Below, in pieces: positions 59,500 to 64,000 of a stretch of 64,000 nucleotides of DNA. This DNA is from Schmidtea polychroa. Its lineage: Eukaryota. The stretch is taken from NCBI GenBank assembly GCA_044892525.1, contig CM097885.1, positions 16,308,001 to 16,372,000 on the forward strand, in the 5' to 3' direction. The notes under the pieces were generated by a model. It searched no databases and was not told the origin of the DNA. It saw only the letters and a list, made by a program, of their open reading frames with translations. The position numbers and the translations under genes are program-made. Within the stretch, counting starts at the first letter, position 1, and every line of letters starts with the position of its first letter.

Positions 59500-60277
59500 A
59501 GAAATGCAGGATCTTTATATTCATTTACAAGAAAATGCAAAAAGATATCAGAAACAATCTAGAAAACATTAGCTCGTTTCTAAATATGTTTGAAACAGAA
59601 GAAGAGTATGAAGTTCGTTTATTAAGACGATATTTCAATCCAGAGATTTTGTTCGAGATTTAATCGATGGAAGATTTTGGAAAAGAATCAAATACATTGG
59701 AATGGTATTTGCGGAAATTAATCGAGATGTTTATAATAAAGGAATCCAAAGAAATGAATATTAAATATCTTCTAAGTACACCACACGTAGCAGGAAAAAT
59801 GTACTGAAGATTTCAATAAAAAAGTGAAACGAGCTACAAAATATTTTTTGATTTTTAGAGAAGATCTTCGAAATGATATACGAGGAGTACATTAAAAATA
59901 CTGAAACCCATAAACCATAGAATAGACCGTGAAAGATGATGACACAAAGGCATAATAGACGCATTTCGCATGTTTTTGAGTATCGAATAATGATACGACG
60001 AGTGAGTAAAGGTAAAATGGATCATTAGGGCAGACAGAAATGCAGCAAATGGAGATTCCAAGAATCAAAGAGGAGATAAGAAAATTAAAGAAGGGATAAA
60101 AATCTCAGAAAAGAACAATCAGTACCTAGAATAACAAATGGGTCAAAAAATAAGATTTGGACATCTTTAAGGATTGCCTGGATGAATTTAACACTTAGTT
60201 GTTTTAGATGCAATATGAATGGTCACATTATAAAAGATTGTTCTAAAAGAAAAAGGAGATTGAACGAATATGGAATG
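59500..60277 (+). mobile_element. Degenerate LTR-retrotransposon gag fragment (left boundary uncertain)
   Basis: CCHC knuckle CFRCNMNGHIIKDC at ~60199-60241. Confidence 0.55.
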
Positions 60278-60283
60278 GTTAGA

Positions 60284-60451
60284 AGTAGGGTGACATGTGG
60301 ACTCGGGAATGAATACATATTACGTAATCGATGATATCACAAATGAAATTACGCCATATCCCGCCACTGGGGGTGATATGACGTCATTTCCTTTATGGTG
60401 TCACTGGTTACGTAATATGTCTTTGTTCCCAGGTCCACATGTTACCCTACT
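60284..60451. mobile_element. 168-bp hairpin MITE with Polinton-type ends and a 6-bp TSD
   Basis: AGTAGGG...CCCTACT flanked by GTTAGA at 60278-60283 and 60452-60457; the whole element is an imperfect palindrome. Confidence 0.85.
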
Positions 60452-63311
60452 GTTAGACATATATAAGAAATTTCAGTGGATTCATTATTATTATATTTTT
60501 TAATTTAGCCATCATCGACTTTAAATCAACCGTTTAATAAAGTTAGCCATTATATCACATTTTAAACTTACCATTTTAACCTTTAAATTAATCTCATCTT
60601 ACCTTTTCCATCACGAACCGTATAATCTACATTACCACTAAGTTTTATCAATCCCCTTTACCCAATAAACGCACCTTGTCAACCATATAATGAGTCTACA
60701 TCGAACCCACACTTGAATATTTAGCCTTAAATCATCATTGGTACCTTGAAACCCACCCTACGATTAAAAAATGACTAAATCGATCTAATCTTTTAACTAT
60801 CGTTTTCATCTTTAAAGCCACTCTTTCATAGTATAAAAATGACTAAATCAACCTAGTTGTTAAAGTTTTACCCTTCAATCACCATTTTACACTTAATCAA
60901 TCCTTTCTATCATAAAATGACTCTAAATTAACCTATCCCATCACAGACCCTTTCAAATTTAATTTACACTTAAATTTTGACTCTTCGACCATAATTTTCA
61001 ATCCTAACGGACACATCCGACACTCAAATATCTCTAAATCGAGCTTTCCCTTAAAATTTGACCATTCAATTGACTTGCATTTAAATTATCTTAAAACGAT
61101 ATTTTTACTATAAACTGTCCTCGGTGAACTTAAAATGACCTTAAATCGACATTAAACGCTGGCTCTAAATGATCTCTGATGGCATTGTTAAGTCATTCAG
61201 TAGTTTTATATGGGATGGCAAACTCACTACATAATATTTCTGCCTTTTTAAAAAAACGTTAATGATAGCAATAGGCCAATACCCATTCAATGACATGTTA
61301 ATTTTGTTAGTCGAATTCGTGGACTCCCTTAAAATCATTCAGGAATCATAAATTTGTCGAGGACTGACGTCGAAAGACTTGTTTTGTCAAAATCCCTCAT
61401 TATAACGTCATATGACCATATTGAGTGCTTCCTAGGTGAATATTGATAAAATTATTTACTTGAAAATATTTTATGATGAAACCAAAATTTTATAACAAAA
61501 TAAATTATTAATCAAATAATACCAATTTTTATTAAAAACTTTAATTTCTAATTATTTATTTTGAAATCGATTATTAACGGATATCACCAAATAGTATTGA
61601 TTACCATTGATTAAATCATTTAAATTTGATTATATTAAAATAGCCATTTTTCTTTTATTGTGTAAACCCTTTTGAGAAAAACAGCATGGTACTTCCGTGT
61701 TATCTTACCCGCAAAAATTAAATTATAAAATACAATTAAAATAACAATATAAAAAATGAGAGAATACATTATTGATGACGTTATTGAACATTATTGAACA
61801 TGAATTTATTAAGGCTATCTGTGATTTGTGTGATTATGTGAGTTTATGTGGCGCAAACGTGTTCTAAGCAACAGTGCCGATGTGTTCGACACTATTCTCA
61901 ACGACATTGTGGTTTTCTGGCCACCTGGATGACCATTTACAAACTCTTTACAAACATTTGCTGAGTTTGTAACTGTGATTTAGAAAATAAATATAATAAT
62001 TATATGTGTTCTTTTTTAATTTAATTTTTGGGGGTAAGATAACACGGAAGTATCAATAGCATTTACTATACCATTCAAAAAAGAAATCATTGAACACATG
62101 GACCAAGAAACTCTTGTTACAAGACTAGAAAATTCTTGAGTGAACGAGGTAAATGTGATTATAGTGAATCTAAGTTCCAACAATGGTTTTTGAATAGAAA
62201 AAATATTCAAAATAGTCCTCATTGGTGATGAAAGTAGTTGGCGGTTGGAGAAAGACATCACTTGGTTCTCTTGAGGAGATTCTAGTGAATGAAATAATTG
62301 AGATGAGAATAAGAACATTTATATTTGATCGTGCTCTTTCCTTGGCTGATTTTGGGTTTTATGGCAAGAAATTACCTTTCGCTTAGAAGAAGTACGAATT
62401 TCATAACCCTATCTCATGACCAGCTGATATTTTGAGCCATCAACTACATGCGTTATCTTCAATAAGTGCTCTTTAGTATCAATTAATCTAAGACGTTGCT
62501 GGTGAATGAAATCGCCATTTACTTTGAAAACAATTGAACTTAGACGGTTGGTTTAAGGGGCCCCAAGCATGTCGTCATGAAGTTGATAAGATTTTCTTCT
62601 ATATGGATAACTGTGGCACTACTAGTTTGGTAAAATTGTAGAAAGGCAAAATTACACAAAGGCAAAGATTCACAAAATATTATAAAAAGTGGAAATGTTT
62701 TTAATCTGACACAAAGTAAGGCCTGGGTTAATGAAGAACTGGTGATCTTATGAATTGATTTGATGTTAGTCCCCGTAGATGTATCTTTTGGGATTCATGT
62801 CGAGCCCATATTGCTGAAAGGGTAAAAGAACATTGCCGAAGGAGTGAAAAAATATATAACATTGGTTATAATATCTTGTAGACTGACGCTGTATCTACAA
62901 GCAGGAGATATTGGATTTAATAAAAAATTTGGATATAAAATTTGTCATCAATCAATATTTGTTAGAACTCTGAGAGTATTTAGTTCACAAGAGCAGGTCA
63001 TCCCAAACAGCCAAACCATCTAACTGGACGCCTGGAATAGTCTTTCTGTTGAACATATACTCAATTCAATTATTTCGGCAATGTTTTCGACTAATTTTGA
63101 AGACTGGCATATTTAATGTGGCAATATTTCGTTTCAACTTTCTTAGTTTAAATCATGAACGGTTAATCAAGAAAGTGATACAGTCGAACCCCATATTCTA
63201 GATCTGGCCGATGAATAAAACATTTTCGTCTATTATTTTTTTGAACACAATAAATAGTATGACCAATAATTAATTTTTAATGGTCATAATATTTAATAAT
63301 ATAGTATAAAG

Positions 63312-63524
63312 CAGTGTTTCTCAAACTATGGGTCGCGACCCATTTTTGGGTCGCGAAAGAATTTTTGGTGGGTCGCGATGACTTATGGAAAGATCTACAA
63401 ATATAAATTTTGGAAGTTTAAGCCTTTTAAATTTATTTAATCTTTGTCATGTGGGTCGCAATAAAATTTTTGGCATGAAATGTCAAAAATTTGGGTCGTG
63501 ATCAAAAAAGTTTGAGAACCACTG
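63312..63524. mobile_element. hAT MITE (213 bp)
   Basis: TIRs CAGTGTTTCTCAAACT / AGTTTGAGAACCACTG, 8-bp TSD GTATAAAG, internal TGGGTCGCGA repeats. Confidence 0.93.
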
Positions 63525-64000
63525 GTATAAAGTGATGATTTCTTGGTAGCAGCATTTATTATTTAAAACAATAAAGTGATAATTTAAGTCTTTTTCATTA
63601 AATACATTATACGCAGCAAAAGGCTTAAATTATCACTTTATTGTTTTATTTAATAATATAATTCATACTATTGTTGAGGATACCTAAATAACAACTTATA
63701 AAGAAATAAATAAAATTACCTGGGGGAAGATCGCCATGACAAACGGGACGATCTAGAGAAACTCAGAAAAGAAAACGGAAGTGAAAAGAAATTAAAAATG
63801 AGAAAGAGAAAGGAAATAAAAGTTATCAAACAGGAAAATAAAAATCAAGGTCAGTACTAATTAATTAGTACAAAAAGGAAAAGGAATTTTGAAATTGGGG
63901 GAAAAGGAAAACAACAATATCATTATCTCGACAGCTTGCCAGTGATAATAGAATTGATGGGAGAAGGCGGTCAAACAAAAAAGGGAAAAGGGAAAACTAC

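Overview
Very AT-rich eukaryotic DNA with short (40-50 nt) GT-AG introns and (AAT)n tracts. The host is most likely a dugesiid planarian; this is an inference from a match to the Schmidtea spliced leader as I recall it and from a planarian-type TRAF gene. Two different Polinton/Maverick (adintovirus-like) endogenous viruses dominate the window. Polinton A (window start-11929) is intronless and nearly intact: PLA2-integrase fusion, packaging ATPase, adenain-like protease, penton, fibre-like protein, pPolB and a stand-alone duplicate of the pPolB C-terminus. Polinton B (~29070-45334, left end lost) has a decaying core but carries an intron-containing accessory set partly missed by the ORF track: a TATA-binding-protein homologue, a spliced Bcl-2 homologue, a five-exon poly-SIM acidic protein and a possible GPI-anchored protein, plus four AP-1 sites in its terminal region. 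Both Polinton ends contain an inward, inverted copy of their own terminal sequence. A separate 168-bp hairpin at 60284-60451 has Polinton-type ends and a 6-bp TSD, so it looks like a mini-Polinton. Also present: a 3'-truncated NeSL-like non-LTR retrotransposon; host GIGYF-like, TRAF and TMEM104 exons; Gypsy, Penelope, Tc1 and hAT remnants; a captured proteasome alpha-6 fragment; a non-autonomous Helitron; a hAT MITE. All protein calls rest on manual translation and motif recognition, not database searches.
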